DNA from: a virus
Virus record (IMG/VR): IMGVR_UViG_3300021300_000004
Reading direction: 5' to 3' (one strand)
DNA: 56,593 nucleotides
The stretch's first letter is position 1. Every line of letters starts with the position of its first letter. Under the pieces are notes generated by a model. It did not search any database. It was not told the origin of the DNA and was given only the letters and a program-made list of their open reading frames with translations. The position numbers and the translations under genes were made by a program. This document shows positions 8,916 through 17,432 of this stretch, in pieces.

Positions 8916-9355
8916 CGTTTCAACTCCAAAGTTATAGTTCCATTTTCATTTTTGATTGTGTACCCCATATGGATTATCAACCATTTTAACTGTTGAGTTT
9001 CTTCTTTGACTGCCTTGTTTTCTTTTTTTAATCTTTGTAGTTCTTCATATTGTTTATTAACAATATATTTAGTTTTCAATTGTTGTTTTAACTGCTCATT
9101 TTCTTTTTCTAATTGGTGTTGTATTTGAGTTCTTGTTTTTATTTCATTCGTTATTTGAGTATTTTCTGTGTCTAAAAATTCAATCATTGCTTTGTTGTCT
9201 TGGTTTTCTTCTGCTAACTCATTCAATGTATGAGCATCGTTTAAGCAATCTGCCTTTCGTTGTCTTGGATGAAAGGCATATTTCTTTTCTCTGTCAAATA
9301 CACAATACCCATCAATCAAATTACTTTCTGCAACATAAAATCGTTTTTCAGTCAT
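8912..9355 (-). CDS. Coiled-coil protein, MTEKRF-start family
   Basis: MTEKRFYV; long heptad region. Confidence 0.7.
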   Translation of the reverse strand: MTEKRFYVAESNLIDGYCVFDREKKYAFHPRQRKADCLNDAHTLNELAEENQDNKAMIEFLDTENTQITNEIKTRTQIQHQLEKENEQLKQQLKTKYIVNKQYEELQRLKKENKAVKEETQQLKWLIIHMGYTIKNENGTITLELKR

Positions 9356-9615
9356 TCAGATAACTCCTTTTTTGTTAATTCTAATTCTTTTCTTAATTCT
9401 CTTTGCACATCATTTAACTCATTAGCAGTTTTAATATTTTCCAATATGACTTTTTTATTCTCATTAACTATTTTACGATTCCATCGTTGCAACAATCCTA
9501 TTTCTAAACTTTTTGCAATGCGATATGCAAAAACAATTAAAAAAACCAATACTGGAACTAAAATAATAATATACAGTATTGTCATTAATTCAAATGAAAT
9601 TAAAATTTCAGTCAT
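9352..9615 (-). CDS. Membrane-anchored coiled-coil protein
   Basis: N-terminal TM segment ILYIIILVPVLVFLIVFAY. Confidence 0.7.
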   Translation of the reverse strand: MTEILISFELMTILYIIILVPVLVFLIVFAYRIAKSLEIGLLQRWNRKIVNENKKVILENIKTANELNDVQRELRKELELTKKELSE

Positions 9616-9940
9616 TCAAAATCTCCTCCATTTGCCTTGCCATCTCTTCACTACCTAAATCATCAACTAATCGTTCCATTAATGCTAACTGATTACTACG
9701 AAATGCTAATGTTTCTTGTAATTGACTATTTTTGTCTTTGAGTTCCTTATTTACATTATTTAACTTATTCAATTTATCTACCACTTCTTCACCAGTCATA
9801 CTGTCTGCAAATGCTTGATAATCCTCATATTCCACTTTCTCATCAAACTCTTTTTCAGATATTGTATATGAATCAAAGATATAATACTCATCTTCCCACA
9901 TTCGTTTGAAGTATCTTTTTTCAGTCATTTTAAACACCAT
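9608..9940 (-). CDS. Hypothetical protein, MTEKRY-start family
   Basis: Internal MTEKRYF start near 9928. Confidence 0.7.
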   Translation of the reverse strand: MVFKMTEKRYFKRMWEDEYYIFDSYTISEKEFDEKVEYEDYQAFADSMTGEEVVDKLNKLNNVNKELKDKNSQLQETLAFRSNQLALMERLVDDLGSEEMARQMEEILND

Positions 9941-10187
9941 TCATTAATTGATTTTCAACATAATCTTTTGTGAAAATATAAACACAATCATCTTCCTTTA
10001 CAAATACGGGGTTACCCTCCTCATCGTACTCATCATCTTGATGCACCATCGGATAATCTGCATCGTATATTTCCTCATCATCACAATAATCAATTCCCAA
10101 AGCCAATATTTTCACTGGTTTGTCCTTTGGAAATTTACTTAAACATTGTATCAACTCACCACAAGTTTGTAAACTATTATCAATCAT
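9930..10187 (-). CDS. Acidic hypothetical protein
   Basis: Coupled ORF in array. Confidence 0.65.
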   Translation of the reverse strand: MIDNSLQTCGELIQCLSKFPKDKPVKILALGIDYCDDEEIYDADYPMVHQDDEYDEEGNPVFVKEDDCVYIFTKDYVENQLMNGV

Positions 10188-10192
10188 TCACA

Positions 10193-10393
10193 TCACCCAT
10201 AAAAATAATCATCACATTGTGTCCCGTTTGTCTCTTCAAGGTCATGACCCATCAAACATTCACTTTCACTTTCAAAATGCCAATTTCCATTACAATTCCA
10301 TTCATGATAAGTTGTTTTTAAATTACCACAAATGCTGCAACTACGACCATCATTATATTTATCTTTATTCATTAATGATCCACTCCATAGCAA
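10193..10393 (-). CDS. Small Cys-rich (Zn-binding?) protein
   Basis: CSICG...C...C motifs. Confidence 0.55.
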   Translation of the reverse strand: MLWSGSLMNKDKYNDGRSCSICGNLKTTYHEWNCNGNWHFESESECLMGHDLEETNGTQCDDYFYG

Positions 10394-10749
10394 TCCTTAA
10401 ATCTCATTTTTTCTGACCCTTCTTTAATCTTATCTAAATCAATAATTTCCTGACCGACAGAAACCTGCACTCTGGATATTGCTTCCAATTCATTATCACT
10501 TAACCTTGGAAGTTCTGAAATACTAATGATAAATAATAATGTCCTTACATCTGCAATACATATTGAATGCATTTTAAATGCTTCTTTAACTGCATTCTTT
10601 AATTCCTGATAATCTTTGTTTAAATCATTTGCAATAGTTAATGCCTCTTCAAGACTTAATCCCTTTTTACCGGTTAAATTATCTTTAATTGTCTTGCCAA
10701 GATAAAATCCATGTTCATAATTGTTTTCAATGGTTAATCTTTCAATCAT
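10372..10749 (-). CDS. Hypothetical protein
   Basis: SD GGAGG upstream. Confidence 0.65.
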   Translation of the reverse strand: MIERLTIENNYEHGFYLGKTIKDNLTGKKGLSLEEALTIANDLNKDYQELKNAVKEAFKMHSICIADVRTLLFIISISELPRLSDNELEAISRVQVSVGQEIIDLDKIKEGSEKMRFKDCYGVDH

Positions 10750-10893
10750 ATATGCCTCCTTTATTGATATAATTCATTGCTTCATTAACTGTTAAATCCA
10801 GATTAAATTTCATTTGCCACCAAAAAATTTCAGGCCATTGCAGATAAAAATCATCAGGATTTGACTGTTTAACATTAATATTAATAGTTAAAT

Positions 10894-11172
10894 TCATAAT
10901 CTCAAACCTTCCGTATCCTCAGTTATAACATCACCATCAATAAATGGTTTTTCACATTCAGGACACCATAACCTTGTATAACTTAATCGTTCCAATGGAT
11001 AATCACAGACAGGACAATAATAACTAAAATCTGATGCTTTCCACATGTCACAATAATCATTTTTCACAATGTCTGCATCTTTCAAGCTACAATGTATCAT
11101 ACCGGCATGAATTGACATGCAAGAATATTTACAATTGTAACATCTCTTTTTACGGATTTTCGGTTTTAACAT
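10894..11172 (-). CDS. Zn-finger protein
   Basis: CYNCKY, CPVC, CPEC. Confidence 0.7.
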   Translation of the reverse strand: MLKPKIRKKRCYNCKYSCMSIHAGMIHCSLKDADIVKNDYCDMWKASDFSYYCPVCDYPLERLSYTRLWCPECEKPFIDGDVITEDTEGLRL

Positions 11173-11656
11173 AATTTAAATACTCCTTAAACTCTTCCCG
11201 CTCCCACCAATTATTAACAGTAACATCAGGAACAGTACCATGAACTGCAACATAATTGATAAAAATACACATTGCTTCTATACTTGCAATTGGCAGTAAA
11301 TAGTTAGTTTCATTTTCCCTTAAAAATTCAACACCGTTAAAATGCTCAACAATGCTGACAAGAGGCATTATGCCTTTTTCCTCATCATTATAGATAATTG
11401 ATTTGAGCTTATGATACTCATCATCAGTCAAATGATTTAACTGACAATAAGATGCCAACATTCCAGTATTAAATCTCATGTGTTCTAATTTTCTTAAATG
11501 CTCTGTTAATCTTTCTGCGGTTTCCTCATCTTTACATTCAAAATCATCAACGAACCTATTTTCAACTAAAACACTATTACCTAATTGAATATAACTTGAA
11601 AACTGCTTACTGACACGAATTTCTTTTAAAAAATGATTAAAATACTCCTCACTCAT
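11150..11656 (-). CDS. Hypothetical protein
   Basis: 168 aa coupled ORF. Confidence 0.7.
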   Translation of the reverse strand: MSEEYFNHFLKEIRVSKQFSSYIQLGNSVLVENRFVDDFECKDEETAERLTEHLRKLEHMRFNTGMLASYCQLNHLTDDEYHKLKSIIYNDEEKGIMPLVSIVEHFNGVEFLRENETNYLLPIASIEAMCIFINYVAVHGTVPDVTVNNWWEREEFKEYLNYVKTENP

Positions 11657-12306
11657 TTATATTCCTCCATAAAATCAGCACTCCTTGCATTATTCACATC
11701 TAACAACCTTTCAACATCATCATGACCAACTAACTTGGCAGCTACCAAACCCTCAACCATCATGAAACCATACCCATAACGGACAAACAAATGATAATTA
11801 TTATCAATTAAACCAAGGTCAATAGTTTTCAAAGGCATATTACATAAACATGATTCCAGTAAACCACAAGTAAAAACAGACTCATACCCAAAACACTTAA
11901 CCAATACATGCTCAAAATGATAATCATCTTTAAAAGTATCCACAAAAGTTTTAATTGGAATAGTCTTGTAAGATACATTACTCATTTCATCATCTAAACG
12001 GTGAAATCCACACCAATAATAACTTTGACTGTACTCTTTCCAATCACCAGTTTTATTAAAATCAATAAAATAGTGATTCGGATCTACCAGTATAGTATTA
12101 GGTTTGCTGATTTCATACTGTTGAAAATATGCTGGGTCTATTGTTATTTTGATGTATACTGTATGACTTCGGTTTATGGTTCTGAGTATTGCCTTGTCTT
12201 GATTAAATGTGAATGTCCCATATTCACCGTTAAAGTCATGGGTTTCCGGTAATAATTGGATTAATTCTCGGAATTTGGTTAAGTTAATTATATTATAATT
12301 ACTCAT
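11653..12306 (-). CDS. Divergent PCNA/sliding-clamp-like protein
   Basis: N-terminus FRELIQLL...FTFNQDKAILRTINRSHTVYIKITIDPAYFQQYEISKPNTILVD follows the PCNA N-terminal pattern. Confidence 0.55.
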   Translation of the reverse strand: MSNYNIINLTKFRELIQLLPETHDFNGEYGTFTFNQDKAILRTINRSHTVYIKITIDPAYFQQYEISKPNTILVDPNHYFIDFNKTGDWKEYSQSYYWCGFHRLDDEMSNVSYKTIPIKTFVDTFKDDYHFEHVLVKCFGYESVFTCGLLESCLCNMPLKTIDLGLIDNNYHLFVRYGYGFMMVEGLVAAKLVGHDDVERLLDVNNARSADFMEEYK

Positions 12307-12317
12307 AATTATTTCAC

Positions 12318-12680
12318 CTACCTGAAAAATGCGCTGCTCATATCAACATCATTAAAATTAAATATAAACCTATCACCATCACAAGATGTATGTAAAAATT
12401 CACATTCAAATTCATCACAGAAATCACTTAATACACGAATATCAAACTTAAAATCCAAACGAATATCACGATTACCATTTAAAAATTCATTTGTGTAATA
12501 TGTCATGTTTTTTTCTAATCCAAAAGTATCACCAAAAGTTAATACTCTAACATGCACATCGTATTTTTCTAAAAAATAATTGATTATAGCATATTTAAAA
12601 TTCTCAATAATCTGCAAATGTTTGCTCCTGTAACTAATGCTTTCTTTTAACTCTTTCACAACTTGTTTATTATCGTACAT
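12318..12680 (-). CDS. Hypothetical protein
   Basis: SD GGTGA. Confidence 0.65.
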   Translation of the reverse strand: MYDNKQVVKELKESISYRSKHLQIIENFKYAIINYFLEKYDVHVRVLTFGDTFGLEKNMTYYTNEFLNGNRDIRLDFKFDIRVLSDFCDEFECEFLHTSCDGDRFIFNFNDVDMSSAFFR

Positions 12681-13158
12681 TTAACTCACCATTATACTCA
12701 CAAGTTAATTCATCATAACCTCTTTCACGATTAAGAATATGCATCAAACTTCTAATGTCAGATGGTTTATGCATACTAAATAACTCACCCTCATCACCAT
12801 ACTTGATAAAATAATCATCAATGATTTTTAAAAAAGGTTTATTGGATATTTCTTTTAAAATATTATCCAAACATTCAAGGCATTTACATTTAATCATGAT
12901 TTCCTCAGAACCAATAACCTCAATAATCAATTCAAAATACCTGCTGAACCAATCATCAACATTAACCTCAACATATGCGACATCATCAAAAGTTAAATCC
13001 TCAGCATTATACCTGAAAGTAAGATAATGTAACTTACGATTAATGATAACATATTCCATGAAAGGTAAATTAACATAACCTGTAATTTCATCATCAAAGT
13101 TTCGGCAGATTAACATTCCGGTAGGTTGATCATCTATTTTTCTCATTTCAATTTTCAT
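12670..13158 (-). CDS. Hypothetical protein
   Basis: SD GGTGGA. Confidence 0.65.
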   Translation of the reverse strand: MKIEMRKIDDQPTGMLICRNFDDEITGYVNLPFMEYVIINRKLHYLTFRYNAEDLTFDDVAYVEVNVDDWFSRYFELIIEVIGSEEIMIKCKCLECLDNILKEISNKPFLKIIDDYFIKYGDEGELFSMHKPSDIRSLMHILNRERGYDELTCEYNGELNVR

Positions 13159-13177
13159 TTATTCCACCAACATTTTT

Positions 13178-13900
13178 TTAATTTTTAATAACCCCTTCTT
13201 TTTCCATTTCCTGAAACAACCAATCACGATATTTTTGAGGTGTTAAACCTTTATTTTTGAATGAATACTTAATTAATTCATTATCAGGTTTAACAATTAA
13301 AAAATCATATACTTTATCCGCATCTTTTTTATCAGCATAAGTTCCGAAGGAATAGTTGCTATTATTAATCCTCTTATAAACAGTATATTTTCCATTATAT
13401 AGGTAAATATGTAATTTTGCAGTTACTTTTGAGTTTGAGTATTCAATACCAAATTTATTATATAATTCTTGTTTATATTTACTGGCAACTACATTTGAAT
13501 TGTTTTTAGATAATTCAAATAACTTCTCATACTCTCCACCCGAATAAGCAAGTAACTTATCCTCAACCTCATCAATATGCTCAGGTGAATGACTGGAAAA
13601 ATCTAAATCATCAAAATATAATCGTATACCATTTCTTTGTTTTACTCTTTTAAAATTATCCTTAGGATTAACAGTTTCCTCAAAAGGAGTATGCATAAGT
13701 TCCGGTTCGTCCAAATCAATAGTTAAATAACCTTTATCAATCATCAAATTTTCAAGAAACTCATTAATAATGAGAGTTAAGGAACGAGGATTATCCTCGT
13801 CCATCTCATATTTATCCAAAGCATCAACAGTTTCCTCATTGATTCTAAAAGTGTATTCTTTTAATCTCATTCCAATCATGCCCTTGTTTATATGCTTCAA
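13178..13900 (-). CDS. DNA-binding protein, N-terminal RHH-like plus C-terminal AP2-like domain
   Basis: YTFRINEETVDAL...LTLIINEFL; YTVYKRINNSNYSFGTYADKKDA. Confidence 0.55.
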   Translation of the reverse strand: MKHINKGMIGMRLKEYTFRINEETVDALDKYEMDEDNPRSLTLIINEFLENLMIDKGYLTIDLDEPELMHTPFEETVNPKDNFKRVKQRNGIRLYFDDLDFSSHSPEHIDEVEDKLLAYSGGEYEKLFELSKNNSNVVASKYKQELYNKFGIEYSNSKVTAKLHIYLYNGKYTVYKRINNSNYSFGTYADKKDADKVYDFLIVKPDNELIKYSFKNKGLTPQKYRDWLFQEMEKEGVIKN

Positions 13901-14978
13901 ATGCCATATTCATTACATTAACATACCAATGATAATATAATGGAGTATATCCGTAACCTTTTTCATTATTCCTTCTTTTTAAATCATGGAATAATCCACT
14001 ATCTGTTTCTTTTGATGTATTCACATAATGATATAACTTAGGTAAAAATTCACCAAAAGTTTCCAAATCGGTTTGTGGAGATATATTCATATACAAAAAT
14101 ACACTGTAAAATTGAGTTATATTCAAAGTTGATTCAGATTTCACTAAAATTTTATTTAATGAGTCCAAAGTCTTTTTAACTTGTGTTACCCAACTTTTAG
14201 TTAATGGAACTACACGATATAATTCTAATTCTTTTAAAAGTTGATTATTATTATAACAAGTAACTTCCTTGCTGTATTTTTCATAATCTCTAATAAACAA
14301 GCACATTCTGGACAAATAAGTATATTCATTATATCTGCGTTTTCCGTTAATGTAATCCCAGATGTTATGTTTTTTCAATGGTTCTAATGTTTTCATTAAT
14401 GGACTTCCTTGCATTGCATGGATTCTTTCACCAATTTCTACATTAACACCGCTGCTGTTTCTTCTGATAAAGTAAGTGATTGCTTCCTCATCAGACATGT
14501 TTTCTAAGATGTCCACAGATATTTTTACACCCATTAATGCACCGTAAATAATAGGTTCGTCTTTCTTTAAATCGCTGCAAGTTTTACCTGTAAGTTCAGG
14601 ATTATATACTCCGTTGATTTTGAAAGCATCATCATTTACAAATGGTGCAATTGCGGTTAATACTCTTTGTTTACCATCGACAAGTTCGTAATCGTCATTG
14701 CCAAGTTTCCTTACTGTAATTGGTGGGACATTTTCACCACCAAATCCTATGATGGTTTCCATTAGTTCTTTTTTGATTGGTAATGTCCAGATTTCTCCTC
14801 TTTGATATGGTGCATCATGTAATTTTCCTTGTTTGACCAGTAGACTTATGTGTTGTATTGTCCATTGGCCTTGTGTTTTATGCACGGTTGAGTTCATTTG
14901 TCCTGCTATTCTTATTTGCATTTCGTCATGAGTTTCGATATGTTTTTCTTTGTTTTTTTTACGACTTTTTTTTGACAT
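13845..14978 (-). CDS. DUF262 (ParB/Srx-fold, GmrS-like) domain protein
   Basis: PYQRGEIW and ELVDGKQRVLT motifs. Confidence 0.8.
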   Translation of the reverse strand: MSKKSRKKNKEKHIETHDEMQIRIAGQMNSTVHKTQGQWTIQHISLLVKQGKLHDAPYQRGEIWTLPIKKELMETIIGFGGENVPPITVRKLGNDDYELVDGKQRVLTAIAPFVNDDAFKINGVYNPELTGKTCSDLKKDEPIIYGALMGVKISVDILENMSDEEAITYFIRRNSSGVNVEIGERIHAMQGSPLMKTLEPLKKHNIWDYINGKRRYNEYTYLSRMCLFIRDYEKYSKEVTCYNNNQLLKELELYRVVPLTKSWVTQVKKTLDSLNKILVKSESTLNITQFYSVFLYMNISPQTDLETFGEFLPKLYHYVNTSKETDSGLFHDLKRRNNEKGYGYTPLYYHWYVNVMNMAFEAYKQGHDWNEIKRIHF

Positions 14979-15037
14979 GTTATTGTCAGCTCCATAATTT
15001 TATTCATACTATTAATAAAATAATATGATAAGTATAT

Positions 15038-15096
15038 TTATGTTTTAATAATATATAAAAGTATATGTTAAAGTATACTATAAATATTAAAAAAAA
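15038..15096 (-). promoter_or_regulatory. Duplicated promoter Y, copy 1 (TATA TTTATATA plus upstream GTATACTTTAACA motif)
   Basis: 52/59 identical to 48781-48839; directly upstream of gene 14978. Confidence 0.8.
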
Positions 15097-15116
15097 ATAA
15101 AATAAACGGTAACACA

Positions 15117-15165
15117 CCCCCTCACAATACAATAAATATGTAAATACTGTAAATACATATTTACA
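15117..15165. repeat. TGTAAATA/TATTTACA iteron cluster X, copy 1
   Basis: Three octamers; 15117-15147 matches 40120-40151 at 29/32. Confidence 0.75.
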
Positions 15166-15233
15166 ATAATACACAACACACACTATAAAGAAAAAAAAAT
15201 AAGACCAGGAAAAAAATATAATTTTTTCATGAT

Positions 15234-15719
15234 CTACAAAACAACACGCTTAGACTTCCAACACTCACCACCAAACCACAACTCAACAAAATCACCTTTA
15301 CCATACTGCAATGAATGACTTGTCAAAATTTTCATTTTAACCGGATACTTCTTAACGACCTTGACCTTCTTAGTAACAACTTTTTTAATCCTGTAATTGT
15401 CTGAATCAAACTCATCAACAATATCCCAACCATCATAATATTGATTATCCCAATATTCCCATGATGGCACAATATCATACTGGGTAATTTTCTTATTCTT
15501 ATAATAAGACACAGTCTTATACTTACCAGTTTTAACAGTAATTGATTTGGTTTTATGTTGTTTTTTAGCAGTTTTTAATTTTTTATATTGTTTGTTGGAA
15601 ATTTTACCTTTATATTTTCCGTACTTGAATGTCTTTGATGCAGCTACATCACCAGCACCAACAATCATACCAACACAGAAAATAAAAAGAATGATTAAAA
15701 TAACAGACTTGTTATTCAT
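15234..15719 (-). CDS. Lys-rich exported/membrane-anchored protein
   Basis: Signal-peptide-like N-terminus ILIILFIFCVGMIVGAGDVAA. Confidence 0.7.
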   Translation of the reverse strand: MNNKSVILIILFIFCVGMIVGAGDVAASKTFKYGKYKGKISNKQYKKLKTAKKQHKTKSITVKTGKYKTVSYYKNKKITQYDIVPSWEYWDNQYYDGWDIVDEFDSDNYRIKKVVTKKVKVVKKYPVKMKILTSHSLQYGKGDFVELWFGGECWKSKRVVL

Positions 15720-15994
15720 AAAACTAAATCTGTTATATCATCTATTAAATATTTACTATGCCTTTCAAAACCATCACTAACATGATACTGCAAATATAGA
15801 TAGAACAAGTCATTTTGCAAGACTAAACAAATCTGAAACACATTACTAATCTCATCATTATTCACAGTAACCGTAACATCATCACAGGAATAAGTTATAG
15901 ACTCCTGCTCATACAATGCAGATTTAATATTCATGACATGACGATTATCACTAAGACTAACCTCTAAAACTTTAATAACACCAATCAAATTCAT
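15716..15994 (-). CDS. Hypothetical protein
   Basis: Coupled ORF downstream of endolysin. Confidence 0.6.
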   Translation of the reverse strand: MNLIGVIKVLEVSLSDNRHVMNIKSALYEQESITYSCDDVTVTVNNDEISNVFQICLVLQNDLFYLYLQYHVSDGFERHSKYLIDDITDLVL

Positions 15995-16001
15995 AACTAA
16001 A

Positions 16002-16895
16002 CTACCTATTTACATTAACCATAAACCATGATGGATTAGTCGCAAGTAACTTACCATTACTGCACCAGATTTCAGTCAATGCCTTACCATTCGCAGACAC
16101 AACACACGCAGGGTCACGACGAATCCACTTACCACCAGTATGTTTAGCATGTCTTAACTTTAATCTGACATGACCCTCACCACTTGACTGACATCTGACA
16201 TGCTCAACAATAACATCATAACCCAACGCTTTTGCAATATGCCAGAACAAATGACATGCATCTGTACAGTTTGGTTTTTGACCACCATTTTTCAGATGGT
16301 CGATTGTTTGTTTGTTGCTGAGGAAGTCATTAAAGTAATGACCATATCCACGGTCTTTGACTTTGCCAAATGCCTCATCGATGGTTTTTACTACACCAAA
16401 GACTTTTACAAAATATTTAAATACAGTGTCATTTGATTGTATTGGACTTGCAGTATTCTTTTTGATTATTCCACTATTGAATTTGCAGGTATTTGGTAAA
16501 CGATTATTTTTATCACTGAACAATATTATCCTACTGAATGCATCAACTAATACTAATGGGTGAATTTTTGTATTTTTGAATAATGCATAATTCGGTGCTC
16601 TTGATTCCTTGTTTATGAATGAATTTGTAGTTTTACATATGGTAATGTAATTTTCCTTTTTAATGTCGGTGTTGATTTTGTCACCGGTTGGTGCTGGTGC
16701 ATTGCTGATTGTTTTATTTGTAACTTTTGATTTATTATTTACAATGGCATCTGCAAAGATGCTGATTAATTTACCATAATTGTATTTTACATTATCGACT
16801 TTTACACTTGCCGGTACATTCTTATTTTTGGTTATATACTCTTGGGTTTTTTCTGCAATCTTTATAATTTTCTTATCCATAACCATTCCTCCCAT
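16002..16895 (-). CDS. pei: Endolysin: pseudomurein endoisopeptidase (PeiW/PeiP-like) with pseudomurein-binding repeats
   Basis: Two PMBR-like N-terminal repeats; transglutaminase-like triad NCTD (C), GHVRL (H), RDPA (D). Confidence 0.88.
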   Translation of the reverse strand: MGGMVMDKKIIKIAEKTQEYITKNKNVPASVKVDNVKYNYGKLISIFADAIVNNKSKVTNKTISNAPAPTGDKINTDIKKENYITICKTTNSFINKESRAPNYALFKNTKIHPLVLVDAFSRIILFSDKNNRLPNTCKFNSGIIKKNTASPIQSNDTVFKYFVKVFGVVKTIDEAFGKVKDRGYGHYFNDFLSNKQTIDHLKNGGQKPNCTDACHLFWHIAKALGYDVIVEHVRCQSSGEGHVRLKLRHAKHTGGKWIRRDPACVVSANGKALTEIWCSNGKLLATNPSWFMVNVNR

Positions 16896-17033
16896 TTATT
16901 TTATTTTGAATAGATAATTATCCTGATACTCATTCTGAGTACATCTGCCATTAGACAAATAAGGACAATGATTATAATTTTTCTTACAAGTTTGCCTATA
17001 ACAGCAACCTTCACAAATATTCTCATCTGACAT
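16896..17033 (-). CDS. Small Cys-rich protein (45 aa, not in ORF track)
   Basis: MSDENICEGCCYRQTCKKNYNHCPYLSNGRC. Confidence 0.55.
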   Translation of the reverse strand: MSDENICEGCCYRQTCKKNYNHCPYLSNGRCTQNEYQDNYLFKIK

Positions 17034-17037
17034 ATTT

Positions 17038-17274
17038 TTATCCTATTGCTATAATATTACTGGAATCACCATCAATAAAAACAATAATACAAGTATTGCC
17101 AATTACTGGTGTTCCGATGCATTCAACATACTTAAAAACAGTCTCATCATCTAAACGGACATCAATAAAACCATTATCATAAATTTTATTGATTTTGCCT
17201 TTTTTCGGTGCAGGGTTATCATTTGAATTTGCCCTGACAACTTTTATGATCTCATCAATTAATTCGTTTGGCAT
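17038..17274 (-). CDS. Putative baseplate spike N-terminal OB-fold protein
   Basis: GKINKIYDNGFIDVRL...PVIGNTCIIVFIDGDSSNIIAIG resembles Mu gp45/T4 gp5 OB modules; SD GAGGTGA. Confidence 0.55.
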   Translation of the reverse strand: MPNELIDEIIKVVRANSNDNPAPKKGKINKIYDNGFIDVRLDDETVFKYVECIGTPVIGNTCIIVFIDGDSSNIIAIG

Positions 17275-17319
17275 GGAAAAAATCACCTCTGCTAAAAAAA
17301 ATATAATAAAAAAAATAAA

Positions 17320-17395
17320 AGGTTGGTATGGGATTTGAACCCATGATATACTGCTTACAAGACAGTCGCCTTATGCCTGACTAGACTAACCAACC
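17320..17395 (-). tRNA. tRNA-Thr(UGU)
   Basis: Cloverleaf GGTTGGT/ACCAACC, D stem GTCT/AGGC, anticodon loop CTTGTAA, T arm ATGGG-TTCAAAT-CCCAT; U73; no encoded CCA. Confidence 0.93.
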
Positions 17396-17432
17396 ATTAA
17401 AATAAAAAAAGTATAATAAGGAAAAAAAGTCA

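Noticed and set aside
15117-15165. Iterons as host Orc1 mini-ORB sites
   Set aside because: Only TTACA resembles the Methanothermobacter mini-ORB as I recall it; the TTGAAAT part is absent.
17320-17395. tRNA as proven attP
   Set aside because: It is a complete gene with no duplicated half in the window; host sequence would be needed, so it is left as an alternative only.
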